Positions 20,486 to 29,322 of a stretch of 64,000 nucleotides of DNA are shown piece by piece. The DNA is from an uncultured Clostridia bacterium. Its GTDB lineage: Bacteria > Bacillota > Clostridia > Saccharofermentanales > Saccharofermentanaceae. The position numbers and the translations under genes were made by a program. Positions within the stretch are counted from its first letter, which is position 1. Each line of letters opens with the position of its first letter. The stretch covers positions 18,231 through 82,230 of the forward strand of contig CAMYXL010000001.1 of assembly GCA_947303255.1 (NCBI GenBank). Reading direction: 5' to 3'. The notes under the pieces are model-generated. The model worked only from the letters and a program-made list of their open reading frames with translations. It was not told the origin of the DNA and made no database searches.

Positions 20486-21406
20486 ATGGCAATTAGTACA
20501 GGTAAGCCTATCAAGAGAAAGATGGCACCGGAGGATTTGATCTTTACTATCTTCAATACTCTTTTCATGGTATTGTTCGCAGTAGTAACTCTCTATCCGG
20601 TATTAAACACATTAGCTTATTCATTTAATGACGGTTCTGACGCCGTAAGAGGCGGTATCCACCTCTTGCCTCGTGTATTCTCTCTTAAGAGTTACAAGAC
20701 CGTTTTGCACAAAGAAGGTATCTTGACCGGTGCAAAGATTACAGTATTGAGAACAATCATCGGTACACTTGCATCTCTTGCAGCTAACGCATTGCTCTCA
20801 TTCATCTTGAGCCGTAAGAAGTTCCTCTTTAAGTCAGGACTTTCACTTTTCTGGATCATCACAATGTACGCTAACGGTGGTTTGATTCCTACAATGGTTC
20901 TTTTCAGATCCCTCCACCTCACAGGTACATTCTGGGTATACGTAATCCCTGGTCTCGTAAGTGCATTCAACGTAATGGTTATGAGAACATACATGGCTGG
21001 TATCCCTGATTCCCTTGAAGAATCTGCTCAGCTCGAAGGTGCTGGTTACATGACAGTCTTCTTGAGAATCATCTCTCCACTCTGTAAGCCGGTTTACGCT
21101 ACAATCGCTTTGTTCGTAGCTGTATATCATTGGAACTCCTGGTTCGATGCTATGCTCTATAACAGAATGAATACTCAGTACACAACACTCCAGTACGAGT
21201 TGATGAAGCTCTTGGACTCTGTAGCAAACCAGGGCCAGGGCGGCGGCGGAGCAGCTTCTCACACACGTGAGTCTGTTGCTACAGTAGTTCCGATCACTGT
21301 TAGATCTGCTGCTACAATCGTTACCATCGCACCTATCATCTGTCTGTATCCATTCCTTCAGAGATACTTCGTTACAGGTCTTACAATCGGTGGTGTTAAA
21401 GAGTAA
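20486..21406 (+). CDS. Carbohydrate ABC transporter permease (LplC-like)
   Basis: LYPVLNTLAYSF, GGLIPT, EAA loop ESAQLEGAG, WNSWFDA, YPFLQRYFVTGLTIGGVKE. Confidence 0.93.
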   Translation: MAISTGKPIKRKMAPEDLIFTIFNTLFMVLFAVVTLYPVLNTLAYSFNDGSDAVRGGIHLLPRVFSLKSYKTVLHKEGILTGAKITVLRTIIGTLASLAANALLSFILSRKKFLFKSGLSLFWIITMYANGGLIPTMVLFRSLHLTGTFWVYVIPGLVSAFNVMVMRTYMAGIPDSLEESAQLEGAGYMTVFLRIISPLCKPVYATIALFVAVYHWNSWFDAMLYNRMNTQYTTLQYELMKLLDSVANQGQGGGGAASHTRESVATVVPITVRSAATIVTIAPIICLYPFLQRYFVTGLTIGGVKE

Positions 21407-21433
21407 TTATCATACACACTTTATAAAATCTCT

Positions 21434-21466
21434 GAAAGCCTGCCTTGGTCTTCAAGGCAGGCTTTC
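21434..21466 (+). terminator. Strong hairpin between the permease and GH10 genes (weak terminator or stabiliser)
   Basis: GAAAGCCTGCCTTG-gtctt-CAAGGCAGGCTTTC, a 14-bp perfect stem with no long T tract. Confidence 0.55.
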
Positions 21467-21500
21467 CTAAACATTGAAAACATTTTATCATTAGGTCAAT

Positions 21501-22718
21501 ATGAATATTCCCGAAAACAGAAAATCAAAAATCAGACTTATCACCGAAGATACGAACGGAAATGCTATTTGCAACGAGACTATGCATATTGATCTTCAGA
21601 AGCATAAGTTTTTGTTCGGATGCGGTGCTTTCGACATCAATAACTACATGAATACTGATGACGAAGAGCAGAAGAAGTTTTTCGAAGAAAGGACCAATAA
21701 GTGGCTTGATGTATTTAACTATGCGACACTTCCTTTCTACTGGGGTCAGTTTGAGCCTGAGGAAGGACAGCCGCATACAGAGCAGCTTATGAGAACAGCG
21801 AAGTTCCTTAAGGAAAAGAATGTGACGGTTAAAGGTCACCCGCTATGCTGGCACACGGAATGTGCTCCTTGGCTCATGAAGTATGACAATCCGACGATCA
21901 TGGAAAAGCAGCTTCAGAGGATCGACAGGGAAGTAGCAGGTTTTAAAGGTCTCATCGATATGTGGGATGTTATTAATGAAGTAGTCATCATGCCTGTTTT
22001 CGATAAGTACGATAATGCTGTTACGAGACTTTGCAATGAGTACGGACAGGTAGGTCTGGTTAAGAGAGTTTTCGATGAGGCAAGAAAGAATAATAAGGAT
22101 GCGACGCTGCTTATAAATGACTTCAACACTTCCCCTAAGTATGAGGATCTGTTGGAAAGGATCCTTGATGCAGGCGTGGAAGTTTCCGCCATCGGAATCC
22201 AGTCCCATCAGCATCAGGGTTATTGGGGCAAGGAGAAGATCCTGGATGTTTTGGAGAGATTTTCCAGATTCGGACTTCCGATCCACTTTACGGAGAATAC
22301 GTTGGTTTCAGGAACTGCGATCCCTGAGTATATCGTTGACCTGAACGACTGGCAGGTAGATGAATGGCCGTCGACTCCTGAACTCGAGGAAGTTCAGAAG
22401 AACAACATGAAGGAGATGTACACGACTTTGTTCGAGTGTCCTCAGGTCGAGGCGATCACAACATGGGATTTCACGGACGGTGCGTGGCTTAAGGCTCCTT
22501 CGGGTTTCCTTAGAACTGACAATTCCATCAAGCCTTCGTATGTTATGATGAAGGAGCTTATTCACAAAGAGTTGAGCACAAACGAAGAAATTGTTACCGA
22601 TTCTGACGGCGCCGTAACGGTTGAAGGTTTTAAGGGAGAATATATAATTACATATGGAGAAAAACCGGCGAAGTTTACGATCGATGACGGAATCGACACA
22701 GTAAAGATCGTATTCTGA
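21501..22718 (+). CDS. GH10 endo-1,4-beta-xylanase, intracellular
   Basis: YWGQFEP, KGHPLCWH, acid/base WDVINE, LLINDFN, GIQSH, nucleophile IHFTE; no signal peptide. Confidence 0.9.
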   Translation: MNIPENRKSKIRLITEDTNGNAICNETMHIDLQKHKFLFGCGAFDINNYMNTDDEEQKKFFEERTNKWLDVFNYATLPFYWGQFEPEEGQPHTEQLMRTAKFLKEKNVTVKGHPLCWHTECAPWLMKYDNPTIMEKQLQRIDREVAGFKGLIDMWDVINEVVIMPVFDKYDNAVTRLCNEYGQVGLVKRVFDEARKNNKDATLLINDFNTSPKYEDLLERILDAGVEVSAIGIQSHQHQGYWGKEKILDVLERFSRFGLPIHFTENTLVSGTAIPEYIVDLNDWQVDEWPSTPELEEVQKNNMKEMYTTLFECPQVEAITTWDFTDGAWLKAPSGFLRTDNSIKPSYVMMKELIHKELSTNEEIVTDSDGAVTVEGFKGEYIITYGEKPAKFTIDDGIDTVKIVF

Positions 22719-22746
22719 GCTAAATAATTACCTGAGGTGTGACTGA

Positions 22747-24261
22747 ATGAATTTTTTGAAGCCTGACAGTCCTGTCATGCGACTTATAAGTAAGATCGCG
22801 GACATTCTTGTTCTGAATATACTTACCATTATCTGCAGTATCCCGATAGTGACTATCGGTGCTGCCGTTACTGCTAATTTCAGCGTAGCCATGAAGGTAG
22901 TTAAGGATGAGGACAACGGCGTCTTTCTTCCTTATTTCAAGGCGTTTAAGAAGAACTTTAAGCCGGCAACGCTGGCTTGGATTGTTTTGGGTATGGCTAT
23001 ATTCCTCATAGTCATCGACTGGAGATGGATCATACAAAACGGTTGGGGAACAACACCGTTCGTGTACAGATTCCTCGTTGTGTTTATGAGTGCGTTTGTG
23101 TGGCTCATTACGCTTTCGATCTTTCCTCTTATCGCAAGATATGAGATGAAGATGATGGAATATTTCAAGGCTGCACTTATACTTTCCATAACTAGATTCA
23201 TTCCGCTTGCACTCGTTTCTTTGTTCATGCTCGGATCCGTTATTGCATGTATTTGGTATGCCAGATGGTTCCCGCTCCTTTATGCGTTCTGCACTCTTAC
23301 ATCCATGTACTTCCTCTGCCTTATCTATATAAAGGCATTTAATCGTCTTGAGATGAAGCAAAAGGAAGGCGAAGAGGGAGAAGAGAGCGAAGAAGAGAAT
23401 TCAGAAGAAACTGAAGAACCGGAAATCATCGAAGAAGCTGAAGAGGTCAAGGAAGAGGAGATACCTGAAACAGAGGGAGCTCCTGTACCGGTAAATGCTT
23501 CGATCATGGAAGAGGTATCTCATGCTCAGGCCGTAAAAGAACTTCATAAGGAAATGGAGATCGATACGGAAAGAGAGCCTGAAGAGGAGATAAAGGGAAA
23601 CAAGCTCACCAAGTTCATCAGAACGGAAAAGAAGAAACTTAAGGGGCTTACCACTAAGCAGAAGATCGGTTACTTCGTTCAGTACTATCTTCCTATAGTT
23701 ATCCTCCTTCTTGTTTTCATAGTCGGTGTATCATGGTTTGGCCACGACATATACGTTAACCATAAGATCATCCTTAAGGGCGGTATGATCAACTGTCAGG
23801 TTTCTGACGCCGGCCGAAAGTATGTGACTGACGGTTTTGTCGAGAGCCTTGGCTATACGACAAAGCAGAGGACAGCACTTTTGTCCGATACAAATCTGGA
23901 TTTCAAGTCTGATATCGAATTTGAGGAGCGTTATCTTGATATCTCGCTTCGTGCACAGATGGCTACAGGAACATTCTCCTATCTTCTCATTCGTGATGAT
24001 GCAATGTACAACTACACGAGAGATGACTATTTTACAGATCTTAATACTCTTATCGATATCAACGAGTATTTTGAAGAGGATGAGATATACTACGGAGCAG
24101 AGGATGTACCGGTAGGATTGAAGCTCAGGATCGATACAGTAAGAAAACTGGGCCTTTCCGAAGATCATGATTACTATGTTGTTTTCGGATACAATACGGG
24201 CGAGATGAAGACACAGAATGATTTCATCGGTTATCTGTTTGACCTTGATCCTGAAGCATAA
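22747..24261 (+). CDS. YesL (DUF624) membrane protein fused via an acidic linker to a second membrane-anchored domain
   Basis: N-terminal DSPVMRLISKIADILVLNILTIICSIPIVTIGAA (YesL), a Glu-rich linker at about aa 200-285, then KQKIGYFVQYYLP plus a TM helix and a soluble domain. Confidence 0.8.
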   Translation: MNFLKPDSPVMRLISKIADILVLNILTIICSIPIVTIGAAVTANFSVAMKVVKDEDNGVFLPYFKAFKKNFKPATLAWIVLGMAIFLIVIDWRWIIQNGWGTTPFVYRFLVVFMSAFVWLITLSIFPLIARYEMKMMEYFKAALILSITRFIPLALVSLFMLGSVIACIWYARWFPLLYAFCTLTSMYFLCLIYIKAFNRLEMKQKEGEEGEESEEENSEETEEPEIIEEAEEVKEEEIPETEGAPVPVNASIMEEVSHAQAVKELHKEMEIDTEREPEEEIKGNKLTKFIRTEKKKLKGLTTKQKIGYFVQYYLPIVILLLVFIVGVSWFGHDIYVNHKIILKGGMINCQVSDAGRKYVTDGFVESLGYTTKQRTALLSDTNLDFKSDIEFEERYLDISLRAQMATGTFSYLLIRDDAMYNYTRDDYFTDLNTLIDINEYFEEDEIYYGAEDVPVGLKLRIDTVRKLGLSEDHDYYVVFGYNTGEMKTQNDFIGYLFDLDPEA

Positions 24262-24303
24262 GAGATAAACAAACAACTAAAAGCGGCTAACAGCCTAAAT
24301 GAT

Positions 24304-24334
24304 AAAAACAGGTCTCACAGGGACCTGTTTTTTA
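24304..24334 (+). terminator. Intrinsic terminator of the xylan operon
   Basis: AAAAACAGGTCTC-aca-GGGACCTGTTTTT followed by TTATT. Confidence 0.8.
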
Positions 24335-24342
24335 TTGGGAAT

Positions 24343-24495
24343 AAATACAGTTGATTCTCCCTGTTGCCAGGGAGCAAACACAGGATTTAAGGCTAAAATC
24401 CAGTATTCAGTCCCTGTTCAATAGGGATATAGCACTGGAGAATGAGTCAAAATCTATTTGATGATCCCTGTAGTCAGGGAGTGTTTACTGTATTT
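24343..24495. repeat. Array of three 46-47-bp palindromic units
   Basis: Consensus AAATMCAGT-N6-TCCCTG-N4/5-CAGGGA-N6-ACTGKATTT; units at 24343-24388, 24396-24442 and 24450-24495, joined by 7-bp linkers. Confidence 0.75.
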
Positions 24496-24504
24496 TCAAA
24501 AGCA

Positions 24505-24545
24505 CAAAAAAGAGGTTGTCTCAACATTTAAGTGAGACAACCTCT
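24505..24545 (-). terminator. Intrinsic terminator of the decarboxylase operon
   Basis: AGAGGTTGTCTCA-N9-TGAGACAACCTCT preceded by an A run on the + strand, i.e. a T tail on the - strand. Confidence 0.85.
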
Positions 24546-24575
24546 GTTATGTTGTAATATACGTGACTTTAGTTA

Positions 24576-25772
24576 TTACTTACCGAAGAGGCTCAAGAGA
24601 ACGCCTGCGGCAACTGCAGAACCGATAACACCTGCTACGTTTGGACCCATAGCGTGCATCAGCAGGAAGTTGGAAGGATTAGCCTTCTGGCCTTCCTTAT
24701 TAGAAACACGTGCTGCCATTGGAACAGCGGATACACCGGCTGAACCGATGAGCGGGTTGATCTTTCCGCCTGAAACTGCATACATAACCTGACCGATGAG
24801 AAGACCACCGATTGTGGAGAATGCGAAAGCGATAAGACCCAAGATGATGATCTTGATAGTATCGAACTTAAGGAAGTTAGCACCCTGAGCTGTAGCACCA
24901 ACCGTAACACCCAAGAAGATAGTTACGATGTTACACAGAGCATTCTGTGCTGTATCGGAGAGACGCTCTGTTACGCCGGACTCACGGAAGAGGTTACCGA
25001 GCATGAGCATTCCGAGGAGAGGACCTACAGAAGGGAGAAGGAGAGTACAGATAACTGTAACGATGATAGGGAAGCAGATCTTCTCTACCTTTGATACGTT
25101 TCTGAGCTGTTCCATCTTAACTTCACGCTGCTTCTTTGTTGTAAGGAGCTTCATAAGCGGTGGCTGGATCATTGGGATCAAAGCCATGTATGAATAAGCT
25201 GCGATAGCGATAGCAGGAAGGATCTCAGGAGCAAGCTTTGTTGTAAGGAAGATAGCCGTAGGGCCGTCTGCACCACCGATGATAGCGATGGAAGCTGCCT
25301 GGTTAGCTGTAAAGCCAAGGAGAGAAGCTACAACGAAAGCAAATGAGATACCGAACTGAGCACCTGCACCCATGAAGAGTGAGGAAGGACGAGCGATCAA
25401 TGGTCCAAAGTCTGTCATGGCACCGACTGCCATAAAGATGAGACAAGGGAAGATAGAAAGCTTAACTCCAAGATAGATGAAGTCAAGAAGTCCGACGCTT
25501 ATAGCACTGTCCATGCCCGCTTCTTTACCTGTACCGAGGAGTTCCCAGTGGATGTGTCCGCCGGAGAATATCTCTGGGTGATAAAGATCAGCGAGAGGAA
25601 GATTGCTCAAGAGCATACCGAATGCGATCGGAAGCAAGAGCAATGGCTCGAACTTCTTTCCGACTGCCAAATAGATGAGCACGAAGGAAAGAACGAGCAT
25701 GATGGCATTACGGATGTCGATGTTAGCGAATCCGGATGACTGCCACAAGTTCATTAATGCATCAATAAACAC
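24576..25772 (-). CDS. oadB: Na+-translocating decarboxylase beta subunit
   Basis: FEPLLLLPIAFG, IFPCLIFMAVGAMTDFGPL, IIGGADGPT, AYSYMALIPMIQPP, GVSAVPMAAR, HAMGPNVAGVIGSA. Confidence 0.96.
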   Translation of the reverse strand: MFIDALMNLWQSSGFANIDIRNAIMLVLSFVLIYLAVGKKFEPLLLLPIAFGMLLSNLPLADLYHPEIFSGGHIHWELLGTGKEAGMDSAISVGLLDFIYLGVKLSIFPCLIFMAVGAMTDFGPLIARPSSLFMGAGAQFGISFAFVVASLLGFTANQAASIAIIGGADGPTAIFLTTKLAPEILPAIAIAAYSYMALIPMIQPPLMKLLTTKKQREVKMEQLRNVSKVEKICFPIIVTVICTLLLPSVGPLLGMLMLGNLFRESGVTERLSDTAQNALCNIVTIFLGVTVGATAQGANFLKFDTIKIIILGLIAFAFSTIGGLLIGQVMYAVSGGKINPLIGSAGVSAVPMAARVSNKEGQKANPSNFLLMHAMGPNVAGVIGSAVAAGVLLSLFGK

Positions 25773-25787
25773 TTTTAAGGCCTCCTA

Positions 25788-26183
25788 TCAAGAAATACTT
25801 AAGAGGACGTCGCCTGTGTTTACGGAAGCACCCTTGGATGTGAGAACCTGAGCTACTGTACCGGAACATGGTGCGTAGATCTCGTTCTCCATTTTCATAG
25901 CTTCGAGGATGCAAACGAGGTCGCCTTCGTTTACTTTAGCGCCGACTGCAACCTTAACGTTAAGGATAGTGCCCGGCATTGGTGCTGTAACAGGAGTTGT
26001 ACCTGCCTGAGCTGTAGCAGCAGGAGCTGCAGCTGGAGCAGCGGCTGCAGGTGCGGCAGCAACAGGAGCTGCGGCAACAGGAGCAGGAGCTGCCGTAACG
26101 GTTGTGGTCTTAAGAAGATTAGCTTTGCCCTTCTCTACCTCAACCTCATATTCTTTATCGTTGATTGTAACTTTATAGATCAT
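25788..26183 (-). CDS. Biotin carboxyl carrier subunit of the decarboxylase
   Basis: Ala/Pro linker, VTAPMPG, biotinylation motif EAMKM. Confidence 0.93.
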   Translation of the reverse strand: MIYKVTINDKEYEVEVEKGKANLLKTTTVTAAPAPVAAAPVAAAPAAAAPAAAPAATAQAGTTPVTAPMPGTILNVKVAVGAKVNEGDLVCILEAMKMENEIYAPCSGTVAQVLTSKGASVNTGDVLLSIS

Positions 26184-26197
26184 TTGAGGTATCTCCT

Positions 26198-26578
26198 TTA
26201 CTTGTTCTCTACGAGAGTGATGGATTTGAATACGAGCTCAGAAAGAGGAATGCCCGTATTGTCGCTTACGATAGCCATGATCATAGCAGCTGTCTTCTCA
26301 TCGCAGCCCTTAAGCTTAAGGCTTCCGGAAGAGAACTCTTCCTCAGCAACAGGAGCTGCAGCAGCTTCAGTAGCAGCAGGCTTTGTACCTGCAGGCTCTT
26401 CCTTCTTGGAAGTTACCTTCTCGATACCGCCGATGATGAATGAGAAGATCTTGATCGCAACACAGATGAGCAAAAGGACACCGAAAACGACAGCAATGGT
26501 AAATCCGGCTACAGCAAGTGCCTCAGGCAATGTTGCCTGATCTGGACCTGTGAGCAGATAAACAGCATAGTTAGTCAT
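26198..26578 (-). CDS. oadG: Decarboxylase gamma/delta subunit (OadG family)
   Basis: Single TM ([14 protein letters not shown]), Ala/Pro linker, AAMIMAIVS segment; position within the operon. Confidence 0.85.
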   Translation of the reverse strand: MTNYAVYLLTGPDQATLPEALAVAGFTIAVVFGVLLLICVAIKIFSFIIGGIEKVTSKKEEPAGTKPAATEAAAAPVAEEEFSSGSLKLKGCDEKTAAMIMAIVSDNTGIPLSELVFKSITLVENK

Positions 26579-26583
26579 TTATC

Positions 26584-27966
26584 TTAGTCCTCCTTCTTCT
26601 CGATTGTGTAGTTAACAGTATTGGATTCCTGTTCCTCACGGTATTCGAAGAACTTTTCTGCATTTGTTGGGAATGCGATCCAGGAGAGAACGTCCTCATC
26701 AGATCTTGCGATCTTGCCGAGTTCCTTCTTGGCATCTTCGAACTGTGGCTTCAATGTATCAGCGAAACGGCATGTGATGATCTCTTCGTCACCCCAAACC
26801 TTCTTAACGAGATCCTGGTTAACTTCGCCCGGAGCCTTACCGTACTCACCCTTGAGGTAAGCCTTAACTTCCTTGGAAACGTTCTTATAACGCTCACCTG
26901 CGAGTACGTTAGCTGTAGCCTGAACACCAACCATCTGGCTGATAGGTGTTACGAGCGGTGGGTAACCCAAATCTTTTCTTACGTTTGGAACTTCTGCGAG
27001 AACCTCGTCGAGTCTGTCGTATGCGTTCTGAGCCTTGAGCTGAGCTACGAGGTTAGAGAGCATTCCGCCAGGTACCTGATATACGAGAGCATCTGTCTTT
27101 GTGCCCATTACGTACGGATCAAGTCCGCCGGACTCGAGGAACTTAGCCTTAACAGGAGCGAAGAAGTCGTTGATCTCTTTGAGCTTCTTGGAATCGAGTG
27201 TTGTCTCGTATCCGAGCTGCTCAAGAGCATACTTCATTGTCTCTGTAGCAGGCTGAGCAGTACCGCCTGAGAACTGTGAGATAGCGCAGTCGATACCGTC
27301 GCATCCTGCCTCAACAGCCTTGAGGTATGTCATTGGGCCGAGGCCTGTTGTTGCATGTGTGTGGAGGAATACAGGGAGCTTAGTGGAAGACTTCAAAGCC
27401 TTGATGAGCTTATAAGCTTCGTCTGGTCCCATGATACCGGCCATATCCTTGATACAGATGGAGTGAACACCCATATCCTCGAGTTCCTTACCCATCTGGG
27501 CATACTTCTCGAGTGTGTGAACCGGGCTTGTTGTATAGCAGATACAGCCCTGAGCGTGCTTACCGCACTTAAGTACTTCGTCTACTGCGACCTGGATATT
27601 TCTGAAGTCGTTCAAAGCATCGAAGATACGGAAGATATCCATTCCGTTCTCTGCTGATTTTCTGACGAAGAGTCTTACTACGTCATCCGGATAGTGCTTG
27701 TAACCGAGGATGTTCTGTCCTCTGAGAAGCATCTGGAGAGGTGTCTTAGGGCACTTAGCCTTGATTTTTCTAAGTCTCTCCCACGGATCCTCGTTCAAGT
27801 AACGAAGGCAGGAATCGAATGTAGCGCCGCCCCAGCACTCGAGTGAGTAGTAGCCGGCATTGTCCAAAGTCTCGAGGATGCCTTCGAAGTCTGAGAACGG
27901 CAAACGTGTAGCGATCAATGACTGGTTAGCGTCACGAAGTACCGTCTCGGTAATGTTAACTTTCAT
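26584..27966 (-). CDS. oadA: Oxaloacetate decarboxylase alpha subunit (carboxyltransferase only, no biotin domain)
   Basis: ITETVLRDANQSLIATR, ECWGGATFD, LRGQN, IKDMAG, HTHAT, YQVPGGM, GYPPLVTPISQMVG. Confidence 0.92.
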   Translation of the reverse strand: MKVNITETVLRDANQSLIATRLPFSDFEGILETLDNAGYYSLECWGGATFDSCLRYLNEDPWERLRKIKAKCPKTPLQMLLRGQNILGYKHYPDDVVRLFVRKSAENGMDIFRIFDALNDFRNIQVAVDEVLKCGKHAQGCICYTTSPVHTLEKYAQMGKELEDMGVHSICIKDMAGIMGPDEAYKLIKALKSSTKLPVFLHTHATTGLGPMTYLKAVEAGCDGIDCAISQFSGGTAQPATETMKYALEQLGYETTLDSKKLKEINDFFAPVKAKFLESGGLDPYVMGTKTDALVYQVPGGMLSNLVAQLKAQNAYDRLDEVLAEVPNVRKDLGYPPLVTPISQMVGVQATANVLAGERYKNVSKEVKAYLKGEYGKAPGEVNQDLVKKVWGDEEIITCRFADTLKPQFEDAKKELGKIARSDEDVLSWIAFPTNAEKFFEYREEQESNTVNYTIEKKED

Positions 27967-28077
27967 AAAGTCACGCTCCTTATAATATAGTTATTTTTAA
28001 TAATAAACATTATTTCACCTATATGAGTATATTCAAATCCTCATTGGTTGTATAGTCAGAAAAACATGTTTTTTGTT

Positions 28078-28563
28078 TCATTTTTCTCCGAAACATGCCG
28101 TTATCTCATCAAGTATGTCTGACACCTTTGAAAGGAAGATTTCTTCTTTCGGAGCCTCCTCCTCGAAAAAGAGCATTATCGGAAGTCTGTCTTCCTTGGT
28201 AAAGAGCAGGAAGCAGGAGTTTTCGTTCCTTTTCGAGCGGTTCTTGGTATATGCCTGAAGATCACCGATTATTATGTCGATGGTGCTTTTCGAAAAGTCG
28301 TCCACAAACTCTTCCTTGGCCTTGAAAAGAAGTTGCTTTGCCTCAAGGACGGTCATCTTTGTGAGCTTGTCGTCTAAAACAGGGTTCATGTAAAAGTAGT
28401 CCATGACAGGGAAGAAGTCCTTGCCGCCGACCTTTACGGAGGATGAGTGCCTTACGACGTAGATGTCGCTGTCGGGTTTAAGTGTGCCGTCGTCAAGATC
28501 GGACTTAAGAGATTCCAGGATCTCCTCGTAATCGATGGAATCGTATGAAGTGGTTGAATTCAT
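28078..28563 (-). CDS. Hypothetical protein
   Basis: 161-aa ORF with RBS GGAGG before the ATG at 28563; no recognised motif. Confidence 0.6.
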   Translation of the reverse strand: MNSTTSYDSIDYEEILESLKSDLDDGTLKPDSDIYVVRHSSSVKVGGKDFFPVMDYFYMNPVLDDKLTKMTVLEAKQLLFKAKEEFVDDFSKSTIDIIIGDLQAYTKNRSKRNENSCFLLFTKEDRLPIMLFFEEEAPKEEIFLSKVSDILDEITACFGEK

Positions 28564-28616
28564 AAAAGTACCTCCGTATAATAAGTCAGTTCCCATTCTA
28601 CCCTCGAAAAATGGTG

Positions 28617-28645
28617 TTTACAACAAATACCTGAGGTGATAGAAT
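28617..28645 (+). promoter_or_regulatory. Sigma-A promoter of the str operon
   Basis: TTTACA-N17-TAGAAT with an extended TG at 28637-28638. Confidence 0.6.
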
Positions 28646-28725
28646 AAATTGCTCGCGGGAGAACTGCGCCCATTTTTTGCGCGCGTTTTTTCGAGAAGCC
28701 AAATAAAACGAAAGGAGAAGTATTG

Positions 28726-29154
28726 ATGCCAACGTTCAATCAATTAGTTAAGTCCGGCAGACACGATAAGACATACAAGTCTGCTTCACCGGCATTGCTC
28801 TTCGGCTTGAACACAATCCACAAGAAGGAAACAGACAGTTTCTCTCCTCAAAAGCGTGGTGTGTGCACGGTTGTTAAAACAACGACACCTAAGAAGCCTA
28901 ACTCGGCTCTTCGTAAGGTTGCTCGTGTACGTTTGACAAACGGCTATGAAGTAACAGCATATATTCCGGGTATCGGACACAACCTGCAGGAGCACTCCGT
29001 TGTACTCATCAGAGGCGGACGTGTTAAGGATCTTCCTGGTGTACGTTATCACATCGTTAGAGGTACACTCGACACAGCAGGCGTTGCTAACCGTATGCAG
29101 GCTCGTTCCAAGTACGGCGCTAAGAAGCCAAAGGCTGCAAAAGTAAAGAAGTAA
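28726..29154 (+). CDS. rpsL: 30S ribosomal protein S12
   Basis: [40 protein letters not shown]. Confidence 0.99.
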   Translation: MPTFNQLVKSGRHDKTYKSASPALLFGLNTIHKKETDSFSPQKRGVCTVVKTTTPKKPNSALRKVARVRLTNGYEVTAYIPGIGHNLQEHSVVLIRGGRVKDLPGVRYHIVRGTLDTAGVANRMQARSKYGAKKPKAAKVKK

Positions 29155-29322
29155 TCCTATTGCAGGATTGGACAACAAAAGTGATCAGTACTTTGTTCAT
29201 AGATCATATCTACTGGGCTAAAGCTATCTGAGCACCTGACACGGGTCCAAAAGAACAACTGAAACGTGAGTACCTATGGTTTCAGATCAAAAAACTGATA
29301 ATCATTAAAGGAGGGAAGACAA

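Noticed and set aside
24343-24495. Calling this element a CRISPR array, 6S RNA or hammerhead ribozyme
   Set aside because: The conserved part is too short and the 37-bp intervals are themselves partly conserved; no cas genes are present. It is shorter than a typical 6S RNA and lacks a clear central bubble. TTGATGA plus a stem is not followed by GAAA. Kept as an unclassified array.
27967-28077. Na+-sensing riboswitch upstream of the decarboxylase operon
   Set aside because: The 110-bp AT-rich gap shows no convincing stem structure or terminator.
28726-29154. Streptomycin-resistance substitutions in S12
   Set aside because: Both PKKPNS and RVKDLPG motifs are wild type.
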